A DNA stretch of 64,000 bases from Haliangium sp. (GTDB taxonomy: Bacteria; Myxococcota_A; Polyangia; Haliangiales; Haliangiaceae), in contig NZ_JBNLBH010000019.1 of assembly GCF_050303215.1 (NCBI RefSeq), positions 64,001 to 128,000 on the forward strand. The letters are read 5' to 3'. Under the pieces are notes generated by a model. The model made no database searches. It had not been told where the DNA came from and worked only from the letters and a program-made list of their open reading frames with translations. Shown here piece by piece: positions 14,247-22,524 of the stretch. A program made the position numbers and the translations under genes. The number at the start of each line of letters is the position of its first letter. Positions within the stretch are counted from its first letter, which is position 1.

Positions 14247-15743
14247 TCAGTCCGGCCCGCTGGGCGGCGCCGAGTGATCCCGGCGCCGTTCCACCAGCAG
14301 CGCCAGCAGGGCGGCCCCGACCAGGCCCCCGACCGCGGCCACGATGACGTCGGTGATATCGACGACGCGTCCGATGCAAAACCCTTGGCTCAGCTCGAGG
14401 CCGGCGTCGACCACGGCCGAGGTGCCCGCGGCCAGGAGCAGGATCAAGACCTTGCGCCGGGCCAGACCGAGCTGCACGGCCAGCAGGTGAATGATGAGGC
14501 CGAGGGGCACGAACTGGGCGGTCTCTTCGAGCAGGTCGCGAATCGCAGGCAGGCTGTGCTGCTCGAAGTGGAGCCGAAAGGGGACCCAGTTGCTGTCCTC
14601 GCGCAGCTTGCGGACCACGACATCGAGGTCGGTCTCGAAGCGGTAGGGGGCCCAGGCCAGCACCGCCAGGATGACGACGTAGCCGAGGGCGACCAGCACC
14701 AGGGCGTACACGCGGATCCGGGTCGTCGACTCGTCCTTGACCAGGGGCATGCCGCGCAGCCGTTCCCAGCCGCGCGCGAGCGCCCAGCCCAGCAGCGCCC
14801 CGAGCGGGGCGAGCACGACGTTGGCGATGTCTACGGTGCGCGAGACGATGAACACCTGGGCCAGCTCGAGACTGGTCGCGAGCACGGTGCAGAGCCACAG
14901 CACCGCGGCCAGGCTGGCCCGGCCTCGCCGGGCGTCGATGTGGGCCTTGAGCGCGGCCGCCGGCATGATCCCGATGGTGGCGTAGAGCAGGTCGAGCACG
15001 CCGTCGTCGCCGGCGCGGAGGTGGTACAGGGGGTCGAGCAGGATGCGGGGCTCCTGGCCGGTGGCCAGGAGCTTGGCGTGGATGCGGGTCAGGCTGACGG
15101 TGAGGTCGAAGGGCACCAGCAGCAGCACCATGTAACCGCACACGTAGATGAACAGGGCCCCGCGCAGGGTCCGCACCGTGGCGTCGGCCTCGGCCCGTGA
15201 TAGACCCAGGATCAGGGCAGGGTCGAAGTCGAAGCGCCGGACCGCGCCCCACACCAGCAGGAAGCCGAGCACGTACCCGCCGCCGTTGGTGACGAGATCG
15301 ACGGGATCAGGCGAGCGATCGGTGAAGGCCTGGGCGATCTCCACCGCCAGGCTGACGAACACGCCCAGGGTCAGCCACCACGACTTCCAGCGCAGCCGCG
15401 TGCGCCCCAGCCGCGCGGCCATGAGCGCCCCCAGCGGCATGAACAGCAGGATGTTGGTGGCGATGTCGCGCAGGTCGTGCATGGTCTCGACCTGGCTGGT
15501 GAGGGCGAGGTGGAACTGCGCCAGCTTGCGCAGCCCCTTGGACAGCGAGACCTCGCCGGTCCCGACGCTCAATGTGGCCGCGGCGATGAAGCCGACGTAG
15601 AGCATCGCCAGTACGCCAAACCAGCGCCCGGCGGCGGCCTCCCGCGCGGCGCCGCGAGCGTCCTCGGCGTCGCCGGAGGGACGATCCTGGTCGGGTGAGT
15701 GCATCGTGTCCGTCTTATAGCTCGGGCCCATGGCGAGGTCCAT
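14247..15743 (-). CDS. Membrane protein with two tandem VanZ-like domains
   Basis: The 498-aa product has two homologous hydrophobic halves with VanZ-like motifs (NILLFMPLG...AVEIAQAFT...R..D..D and IGIMPAA...SLELAQVFIVSRTVDIANV). The start is uncertain; internal Mets at residues 5 and 14 are alternatives. Confidence 0.5.
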   Translation of the reverse strand: MDLAMGPSYKTDTMHSPDQDRPSGDAEDARGAAREAAAGRWFGVLAMLYVGFIAAATLSVGTGEVSLSKGLRKLAQFHLALTSQVETMHDLRDIATNILLFMPLGALMAARLGRTRLRWKSWWLTLGVFVSLAVEIAQAFTDRSPDPVDLVTNGGGYVLGFLLVWGAVRRFDFDPALILGLSRAEADATVRTLRGALFIYVCGYMVLLLVPFDLTVSLTRIHAKLLATGQEPRILLDPLYHLRAGDDGVLDLLYATIGIMPAAALKAHIDARRGRASLAAVLWLCTVLATSLELAQVFIVSRTVDIANVVLAPLGALLGWALARGWERLRGMPLVKDESTTRIRVYALVLVALGYVVILAVLAWAPYRFETDLDVVVRKLREDSNWVPFRLHFEQHSLPAIRDLLEETAQFVPLGLIIHLLAVQLGLARRKVLILLLAAGTSAVVDAGLELSQGFCIGRVVDITDVIVAAVGGLVGAALLALLVERRRDHSAPPSGPD

Positions 15744-15906
15744 CGCCGCCCCGACGCCAGCTCCAAGGCCGCCCCGACGCCGCCCCAGCGCCGCTCGGCG
15801 CCGGCAAGATCAAGGCGAACTCGGACGGGCGGTCCGACAGGGTCTCGGCCCAACCCGCCGGCGCAGCGCCACCGGGCGGTGCCTTTTCGCGGCCCGGTCG
15901 GTCGTG

Positions 15907-16060
15907 GTAGCTTCGACGGAGTCGAAGCACTAGGCGTTGCCCTCGGCAACGCACGGTAGCGTCAGCGAAGCTGAAGTGCTAGGCGTTGTCCACGACGACG
16001 CACGGTATCTTCGACGGAGTCGAAGCACGAGGCGTTGCCCATGGCAACGCACGCTATCCA
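15907..16060 (+). repeat. Three tandem ~50-bp repeats, each with two short hairpins, in the 5' leader of the acyl-CoA ligase gene
   Basis: Copies 1 (15911-15961) and 3 (16009-16058) are near-identical: CTTCGAC-GGA-GTCGAAG and GCGTTGCC-(CTC/CAT)-GGCAACGC. Copy 2 (15962-16008) is degenerate. The listed ORF 15986..17659 reads through copies 2-3 from a TTG. Confidence 0.55.
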
Positions 16061-16069
16061 GCACCTGTC

Positions 16070-17659
16070 ATGAGCCCACATCTCCATGAAGCCTTCCACG
16101 CCCTGACCCGCGGGTTCCGCGAGCGGCCAGCTCACACCGCGCTCTGGTCCGACGCTCGCCGGCTCAGCTACGCCGAGTTGGATGAGCTCGCGCGCCGGCA
16201 CGCGGCCGCCCTGGCCGAGTTGGGGCTCACCCGCGGCGACCGAGTCGCGGTGCTGGCCACGCCCCGGGTGGAGAGCGCAGCCGTGGTCCTGGCCCACTAT
16301 CACGCCGGGCTGATCCACGTGCCCGTCAACACCCGCTACCGCCAGGCCGAGGTCGCTCACATCCTGTCCGACGCGGGTGTCGCCGCGGTGGTGATCGACG
16401 CCGCGGGGCGCGCCATCCTCGACGAGGTGGCGCAGGCCGAGCCCGCGCTCGCCGCGCTGCCGCGGCTGCAGCTCGACGACGGCCCGCTCGGCCCCCACGA
16501 GCACGCCTGGGCGGCACCGCTGGCCCCAGCGGCGGCGACGCCCACGCCCCCCACCGCCGACGACGAGATCGCGCTCATCATCTACACCTCCGGAACCACC
16601 GGCAGGAGCAAGGGGGTGGCCCTGTCCATGGCCGCGGTGGTGGGCGCCATCGACGCGCTCACCACGCTGTGGCAGTGGCGCGATGACGACGTGCTGGTGC
16701 TGGCGCTGCCGCTGTTCCACGTGCACGGGCTGGCCATCGGGGTGCACGGCGCGCTGCTGCGCGGCATGAGCATCTCGCTGCTGCCCCGCTTCGACGCCGA
16801 GGCCGTGGTCGCGGCCATGGCCGCGGGCGGCACCATCTTCATGGGCGTGCCGACCATGTATCGGCTGCTGCTCGATCACCTCGAGGTCACCCCGGGCGCG
16901 GCCGCCACGCTGGCCCGGGCGCGCCTGTTCACGGCCGGCAGCGCAGCCCTGCCCGCGGCCGACTTCGCCCGCTTCGAGGCCCTCACCGGACACCGCATCC
17001 TGGAGCGCTACGGGATGAGCGAGACCCTGCTCACGCTGTCCAACCCGGTCGTGGGCGAGCGCCGCCCCGGCTCGGTGGGCCTGCCGGTGCCGGGATTCGA
17101 CATCCGCGTGGTCGACGAGAACGGCCACGACGTGACCCCGGGCCAGCCGGGCGAGCTGTGGGTGCGCGGGGTCGGGCTGATGAACGGGTACTGGAACCAG
17201 CCCGAGGCCACCCGCCAGGCCTTCCGCGACGGCTGGTTCCTCACCGGCGACGTGGTCGCGCGCGACCCCGATGGGTACGTGCGCATCCTGGGCCGGCGCT
17301 CGGTCGACATCATCAAGAGCGGGGGCTTCAAGATCTCGGCGCGTGAAATCGAAGAAGTGCTCGCGACCCACCCGGCGGTGGCCGAGGTGGCGGTGGTGGG
17401 GCTGACCGACCCGACCTGGGGCCAGCGCGTGGCGGCCGCGGTGGTGCCCGCTCCCGGGCACGAGGTCACCAGCGCCGCGGGCGCGGCCGCGCTGCTCGAC
17501 ACGCTGGCCGGGCACGCGAGCGCGCACCTGGCCGACTACAAGAAGCCGCGCGTGCTGGCGGTGGTGGACGAGCTGCCTCGCAACGCGCTCGGAAAGCTCC
17601 AGAAGACCCGGCTGACCGCGAGCTGGGAGGCCGGCGAGCTGGCCCTGGTCGCCCCCTGA
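16070..17659 (+). CDS. AMP-dependent synthetase/ligase (acyl-CoA or fatty-acid-CoA ligase family)
   Basis: The AMP-binding motif IIYTSGTTGRSKGV is present, with the TGD motif (WFLTGDVV) and a C-terminal PRNALGKLQK lysine. An ATG (MSPHLHEAFHAL) at 16070 is preferred over the upstream TTG that reads through the repeat. Confidence 0.85.
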   Translation: MSPHLHEAFHALTRGFRERPAHTALWSDARRLSYAELDELARRHAAALAELGLTRGDRVAVLATPRVESAAVVLAHYHAGLIHVPVNTRYRQAEVAHILSDAGVAAVVIDAAGRAILDEVAQAEPALAALPRLQLDDGPLGPHEHAWAAPLAPAAATPTPPTADDEIALIIYTSGTTGRSKGVALSMAAVVGAIDALTTLWQWRDDDVLVLALPLFHVHGLAIGVHGALLRGMSISLLPRFDAEAVVAAMAAGGTIFMGVPTMYRLLLDHLEVTPGAAATLARARLFTAGSAALPAADFARFEALTGHRILERYGMSETLLTLSNPVVGERRPGSVGLPVPGFDIRVVDENGHDVTPGQPGELWVRGVGLMNGYWNQPEATRQAFRDGWFLTGDVVARDPDGYVRILGRRSVDIIKSGGFKISAREIEEVLATHPAVAEVAVVGLTDPTWGQRVAAAVVPAPGHEVTSAAGAAALLDTLAGHASAHLADYKKPRVLAVVDELPRNALGKLQKTRLTASWEAGELALVAP

Positions 17660-17730
17660 GCTCGCGGGCCGACGTCGCCGCCGGCTGGCGTAGGTCGGCG
17701 CAGGCCACGGTCTCGCCGGCGCCCGACCGG

Positions 17731-18243
17731 CTACTCGGGCGCGAGCTCGGTCAGGAAGCGCTCGGCCGCGGCCTCGACGCCGGCGGCGTCGGTGGCCTCG
17801 ACGATCAAGACCCGCACCGACGCGTCGGCGGCCAGGGCCGCGCGCTCGGATGGCTCCAGCTCGACCCCGCGCTCGACCTCGGCGATGTACTCGAATCCGA
17901 CCCGGCGGTCGGGATCATAGCCGTCCACGGTGAGCCGGTAGGCGCCGGCGCGCTCGATCGGGACGTCGGCGCGGATCCGCAAGCCGGTCCGGCGAAACCG
18001 CTCCGCCAGGAGCGCCCGGGCCGCGGCCTCGGACAGCGGGGGCGGGGGCGCGGGGACGCGGGCGTCGGCGTCCGCGGCCCGACGGCTGGGCGCCACGGTC
18101 GCCGGCTCGGACCGCGTCGGCCCCACCCTGGCCTCCCCACCACCGGCGCAGGCGCCCGCGATCGTCCCCGCGAGCAGGAGCGCGACCGCCGTCCCCACAG
18201 CGATGCTCCGCCCCTCGGCCGGCCGGACTCCGGCGCTGATCAC
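17731..18243 (-). CDS. Hypothetical lipoprotein
   Basis: A GTG start overlaps the upstream gene's stop (GTGA). The signal peptide is RSIAVGTAVALLLAGTIAGAC with a lipobox Cys. The mature part is Ala/Arg-rich with no recognised domain. The listed ORF extends 112 codons upstream through the neighbouring gene in another frame. Confidence 0.4.
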   Translation of the reverse strand: MISAGVRPAEGRSIAVGTAVALLLAGTIAGACAGGGEARVGPTRSEPATVAPSRRAADADARVPAPPPPLSEAAARALLAERFRRTGLRIRADVPIERAGAYRLTVDGYDPDRRVGFEYIAEVERGVELEPSERAALAADASVRVLIVEATDAAGVEAAAERFLTELAPE

Positions 18244-19133
18244 ACCGAGCGGGGCTCCGCCCCCGGCGCGGCCATACCGCCAGCGAACGACTCCGAAGGT
18301 TCTAATGATTTCCACGCGTTCACATGGGGGAGGTCGTCGTCCAACCAATACGCATCGTCGTCGGTAATCACCATGATCTCCTCGAACTTCACGCCTACCC
18401 CATCGATGGCAAAGTGAGGCTCGACCGCCCACAAGCCAGGAAAAGGCTTGTGGGCGGAGGTTCGCCGATGATTCCAGTTGGGCGAATCGTTCTGCCAACC
18501 CTTCACGGCGGCGATGCTCTTCCACAGCAGCCACGCGACGTGCTTGATGCTCAGTTGACGAATCGTCCACCGGTTCCAAAACTTGTTCGGCGCGCCATAA
18601 ACACGGTGGCCAAGCACTTCGCCAATGTGCTTTCGGTGGCAGTTCTCCGCGCCCAGCCCTCTTATCGCGGAGTCTGCGTTTCGCTCGATCTCGCGGAAGG
18701 TCAGCCCCTGCTTCACCTCGCGCAGTATCTGGTCTCTAAAGGCCTGCAACTTTGGGTGCAGCTCCCGGTGTAGCTCGTTATCGCCAAACGTCGTCGACAA
18801 CGAGGTATCGACCACACAGCCCTCGTAGATGGGCGCGGCGTCGAGGATCACCGCCATCCCTCGCTCGAGCTCCTTGTCGGTCGCCAGCGCCTCCAACTGA
18901 CCAAACTCACCGGGATACGCCGTGCGCTCCCCAAACAAAGCGACCGGCACGTGAAAATACGTGTGCACGCCCTGAGCGTGGAACTTCTTGCGCAATCGCC
19001 GCGCGGCTTGTTTCTCCGTCATCCCCGCCGTCAACTCCCTCGCGACTTGCTCGAGTGTATCGAACGACTGCTTCTGAAAACGCTTGAACTTGGCCAACTC
19101 AGCGTCATCGAAATATTTGTATGTAACAGTCAT
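18240..19133 (-). CDS. M24-like (creatinase/prolidase fold) metallopeptidase homologue, possibly non-catalytic; low-GC gene
   Basis: The product is 297 aa. HIGEVLGHRVYGAPN resembles the M24 H-G-x-G-H..E.P signature with substitutions, and VGVKFEEIMVITDD resembles the M24 C-terminal strand. GC is visibly lower (~57%) than the ~70% flanks. Confidence 0.4.
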   Translation of the reverse strand: MTVTYKYFDDAELAKFKRFQKQSFDTLEQVARELTAGMTEKQAARRLRKKFHAQGVHTYFHVPVALFGERTAYPGEFGQLEALATDKELERGMAVILDAAPIYEGCVVDTSLSTTFGDNELHRELHPKLQAFRDQILREVKQGLTFREIERNADSAIRGLGAENCHRKHIGEVLGHRVYGAPNKFWNRWTIRQLSIKHVAWLLWKSIAAVKGWQNDSPNWNHRRTSAHKPFPGLWAVEPHFAIDGVGVKFEEIMVITDDDAYWLDDDLPHVNAWKSLEPSESFAGGMAAPGAEPRSV

Positions 19134-19225
19134 CAGCCGTTCCCTTGTGCTTGGACTTCGCAGGCGGCGAGGGCTCTACTTCGCGCTGGCCACCAACGAC
19201 GAGTATCGCATGGGCTCCACGTACA

Positions 19226-19645
19226 TCATTGCTGGGCCGAGTCGGCGCCCGGGCCCAGCGGCTGCCCATAGCTGAACTCGACGAAGATCCCGTCGGGATC
19301 GCGCACCCCGCAGTAATACCCAACCGGGAACGGCTCCTCGTGCGGCGGCCACTCCAAGCACCCTTCGGCCGCAGCCCGGGCCGCGATCTCGTCCACGGCC
19401 GCGCGGCTCTGCACGGCGAAGCCGAGGTGGCCGTAGTCATGCTCGTCCTGGTTGCGCCCGGGCCCGCCCGACAGCAGCACGAAGATGAAGCGCTGCTCCC
19501 GCCCCGGCTCGGCCAGCCACACCACCCGGCTGTCGCCGTCGTCGCGCTCGTGCACCACCTTCAGCGCGCAGTAGCGACGATAGAACTCGACACAGGCGTC
19601 CAGGTCTCGAACGTGGAGGGCAACGTGGGTCAAGCAAGGAGACAT
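19226..19645 (-). CDS. VOC-family protein (glyoxalase/bleomycin-resistance/dioxygenase fold)
   Basis: The product is 139 aa. MSPCLTHVALHVRDLDACVEFY...GHLGFAV...DPDGIFVEF is the typical VOC beta-alpha-beta-beta-beta module. Confidence 0.75.
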   Translation of the reverse strand: MSPCLTHVALHVRDLDACVEFYRRYCALKVVHERDDGDSRVVWLAEPGREQRFIFVLLSGGPGRNQDEHDYGHLGFAVQSRAAVDEIAARAAAEGCLEWPPHEEPFPVGYYCGVRDPDGIFVEFSYGQPLGPGADSAQQ

Positions 19646-19671
19646 ATCGGCGGCGTCCTAAGGCTGAGTGG

Positions 19672-20604
19672 TCACGCCCCGCCCAGATCCTCCACCAACG
19701 CGGTAGACAGGTAGCGTTCGCCGGTGTCCGGCAGGATCACGACCACGTCCTGGCCCTTCATGCTGTTGCGCTTGGCTACCCGCAGCGCGGCCGCGACCGC
19801 GGCCCCCGACGAGATCCCGGCCAGGATGCCCTCCTCTCGGGCCAGCCGGCGGGCGTGGGTGAGCGCCGCTCGCTCGCTGACCGGGATGATCTCGTCCACG
19901 ATGTCGAGATCCAGATTCTCGGGCACGAACCCGGCGCCGATGCCCTGAATGTAGTGCGGCGCGGGCGGCTTGCCCGAGAGCACGGCCGAGTCGGACGGCT
20001 CCACCGCGATGATGCGGGCCTCGGGACACTTGTCCTTGAGCACCCGCCCGACCCCGGAGATGGTCCCGCCGGTGCCGACGCCGGCCACGAAGGCCCCGAT
20101 TCGGCCCTCGGTGTCCTCGAGGATCTCGCGCGCCGTGGTGCGGGCGTGGGCCTCGGGGTTGGCCGGGTTGCGGAACTGCTCGAGCGACACCGCCCCGGGC
20201 GTGGCCCGCAGCAGCTCCTTGGCCTTGTTCACGGCGTCGCGCATCATCCCGCCGCGGGTCAGCACGACCTCGGCGCCGAACATGCGCAGCAGCGCGATCC
20301 GCTCCCGGCTCATGTTCTCGGGCATGGTGATGACCAGGCGGTACCCCAACGCCGCGGCCGCGAAGGCCAGGGCGATGCCGGTGTTGCCCGAGGTCGCCTC
20401 GACGATGACGGCGCCCGGCTGGAGCACGCCCCGGCGCTCGGCGTCGCGGATCATGGCCACGCCGATGCGATCCTTGATGCTGCCGCACGGGTTGCGCGAC
20501 TCCATCTTGCCGAGCACCCTCGCCTCGACCTTGCTACCGAGACGCCCCAGGTGAATCAAGGGAGTCCGGCCGATCGTATCCACCACGCTGTCATAGATGG
20601 GCAT
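19672..20604 (-). CDS. cysK: Cysteine synthase A (O-acetylserine sulfhydrylase)
   Basis: The product is 310 aa. The PLP lysine motif (NPCGSIKDRIG) and GNTGIALA and TGGT(I)SG motifs are present. Confidence 0.9.
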   Translation of the reverse strand: MPIYDSVVDTIGRTPLIHLGRLGSKVEARVLGKMESRNPCGSIKDRIGVAMIRDAERRGVLQPGAVIVEATSGNTGIALAFAAAALGYRLVITMPENMSRERIALLRMFGAEVVLTRGGMMRDAVNKAKELLRATPGAVSLEQFRNPANPEAHARTTAREILEDTEGRIGAFVAGVGTGGTISGVGRVLKDKCPEARIIAVEPSDSAVLSGKPPAPHYIQGIGAGFVPENLDLDIVDEIIPVSERAALTHARRLAREEGILAGISSGAAVAAALRVAKRNSMKGQDVVVILPDTGERYLSTALVEDLGGA

Positions 20605-20667
20605 CTGCCCATTGCTACCACGCTAGGGCAAACCCGGAAAGAGCGTGGCAGTGCGTCGACGCAATTA

Positions 20668-20695
20668 GGGCCGCCGAGTGAAGACCCGGCGGCCC
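20668..20695 (-). terminator. Possible terminator hairpin downstream of the DsbA-like selenoprotein gene
   Basis: A 9-bp stem GGGCCGCCG-N10-CGGCGGCCC lies about 75 nt past the stop at 20770. The 3' tail on the minus strand (CUAAUUGCGUC) is only weakly U-rich. Confidence 0.3.
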
Positions 20696-20769
20696 TGGTT
20701 ACCGTGACGCGGAGCGTCGCCGCGCGACGGACCCAGCGCGACCCAGATCGATCGCGCCGCGGCCGCGGC

Positions 20770-21600
20770 TCAGAGCTTCTTCTCGCCCTTCTTGATCACC
20801 CACTCGTTGTAGTAGTCGGCGACCGAGGTGCCCTGAGAGACACGCTCGTTGGCCTTCTTGAGCTCTTCGTCAACGACCCGCTTGAAGGCCTCGTAGGGCT
20901 GGGCCCCACGCAGGAAGCGGCCGTTGATGAAGAAGCCGGGCGTGCCGGTGACCCCGAAGGCCTGCAGCTCGCTGTGGTCCTTCTGGATGATCTTGGCGCA
21001 CTCGCCTTCCATGTCGGCCTTGAGGCGATCGATGTTCAAGCCAATCTCGCCGGCGATCTTCTCCATGTTCCCCTGGCTCAGATCTCGGCCGGCGTTGAAA
21101 CCCTTCTCCCAGATCAGCTTCTCCATCTCCGCGAACTTGCCCTGCTTGTCGGCTGCGCACGCAGCCTTGGCCGGGATGGTGGCGGCACCGGGGTGCACGA
21201 TGTAGTGGCGATAGACGATCTTGATGTCGCTCTTGTACTCTTCCAGCAGTTTCTCGAGGGTCGGACCGACCCTCTGGCAAAACGGTCAGGCAAACTCGAA
21301 GGCCTCGACGATCGTGACCTTGGCCTGCTCGGCGCCCTTGTACGGGCCGGTCGCCGGCACGGCGTAGACCTTTGAGGGATCGGGTCCGCGTGGTCTCCTC
21401 GGGCGCTGCGCGGCTGCGCCGCGGTTGCCCCGTTGCAGCAGTTGTTCGATGTTTTGCAGGCGCTTGTCGATCTCGTCGAGCTTCTCGCTGGTCTGCGAGG
21501 TGCCCGCTGGCTGGCAGGCCATGAGCCCGCCGACCGTGAGCGCCAGCACTCCGGTCATGGTCAAAAAGCCGATGGGTTTCATACGCATCCAGTCACCCAC
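20770..21600 (-). CDS. DsbA-family thiol:disulfide oxidoreductase predicted to be a selenoprotein (in-frame UGA = Sec in a U-P-F-C redox motif); signal peptide/lipoprotein
   Basis: Track ORFs 21286..21600 and 20770..21198 are in the same frame. They are separated only by TGA at 21286-21288, and the sequence reads ...VTIVEAFEFA-[TGA]-PFCQRVGPTLEKLLEEYKSD.... The stop falls where the first Cys of the DsbA CxxC motif belongs. A perfect 9-bp inverted repeat (GAGGGUCGG/CCGACCCUC, apical GGUC-like loop) begins 11 nt 3' of the UGA, which is the bacterial SECIS spacing. The N-terminus MKPIGFLTMTGVLALTVGGLMAC is a signal/lipobox-like sequence. Confidence 0.7.
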
Positions 21601-21788
21601 ACCACGGCCCGGCTGTCAACTCCCCGTGTTCACTGCGTCTCAGCACGCGACTGACATGTGGCACAGATCCGCACAATTTGCTGAAATCATTGACGTCGTC
21701 TACACTTTTGCCGGGCTCATCGGCGTGCGGTCCGGTACCCTTGATGTCGACACCGCCGCAGCCGCACGCGGTGCTCAGGAGAGTCGGG

Positions 21789-22445
21789 ATGTCCCAACAG
21801 TCAAACCAAGCAGATCTCGCGCGAACGCGCGACGGCTGCCGTCGGCGCCAGCGTGGCAGCGTTCTCCTGGTGGTGATGGTGTCGCTGGTGGCCCTGGTCA
21901 GCCTCGGCACCTTGACCGTGTTGACCGTCCGCAGCGGGCTGTCAGGGACCAGCCATGACCGCTTCAAGGCGGTGGCCCTGTTCGCGGCCGAGTCGGGCGT
22001 GGCCGTGGCCATGGACTACCTGCGCACCCAGCACCAAGAGGGCCTCAACTGGGGCAGCGTGGTCAACCCCAACAACAACCCGGCCTTTGTCCCGCCTGCC
22101 TCTGACCTGCTCGGCAACGGCGTCAAGCCCGGCCTGCCCGGCAACCTCTTCGACCCCGCCCTGGGCGCCTGGTACGAGGTCGAGATTCGCAACAACCGAG
22201 ACGACGGCCCGCTCGACCCGGGGCCGCCGCCGCGCTTCCTGCAGTTCCAGGCCGGCAAAGACACCGACGGCCGCGTCATCGTGGTGGTGACCGGCCACGG
22301 CCCCAACAACGCCGCCGCGCGCATCGACATCGAGGTCACGCCGCGGGCGCAGGTGGTCCCGTGCGAGACCAGCAACGCCGACAACAGCGGCTTCCGTCGC
22401 TGCGACAACCTGGCCGGAGGAGTCCAGAATGGACGCAATTTCTGA
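21789..22445 (+). CDS. Type IV pilus minor pilin PilX-like (PilX N-terminal domain)
   Basis: MSQQSNQ...RQRGSVLLVVMVSLVALVSLGTLTVLTV is PilX_N-type. The gene lies immediately upstream of pilY1. The start was chosen at the internal ATG (M38 of the listed ORF). Confidence 0.6.
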   Translation: MSQQSNQADLARTRDGCRRRQRGSVLLVVMVSLVALVSLGTLTVLTVRSGLSGTSHDRFKAVALFAAESGVAVAMDYLRTQHQEGLNWGSVVNPNNNPAFVPPASDLLGNGVKPGLPGNLFDPALGAWYEVEIRNNRDDGPLDPGPPPRFLQFQAGKDTDGRVIVVVTGHGPNNAAARIDIEVTPRAQVVPCETSNADNSGFRRCDNLAGGVQNGRNF

Positions 22446-22524
22446 CCCCCTCGACCCGCTCGATCGCCCTGACCCGCGTCCCCGCCTTCGCCTGACTGAG
22501 CCAGACCCCCCGCAGGAGCCCCTC

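Noticed and set aside
17660-17760. GAGCTCGCG ... CGCGAGCTC inverted repeat between ligase and lipoprotein genes, as a bidirectional terminator
   Set aside because: The arms are ~70 nt apart with no U-tract, so this is not a convincing intrinsic terminator.
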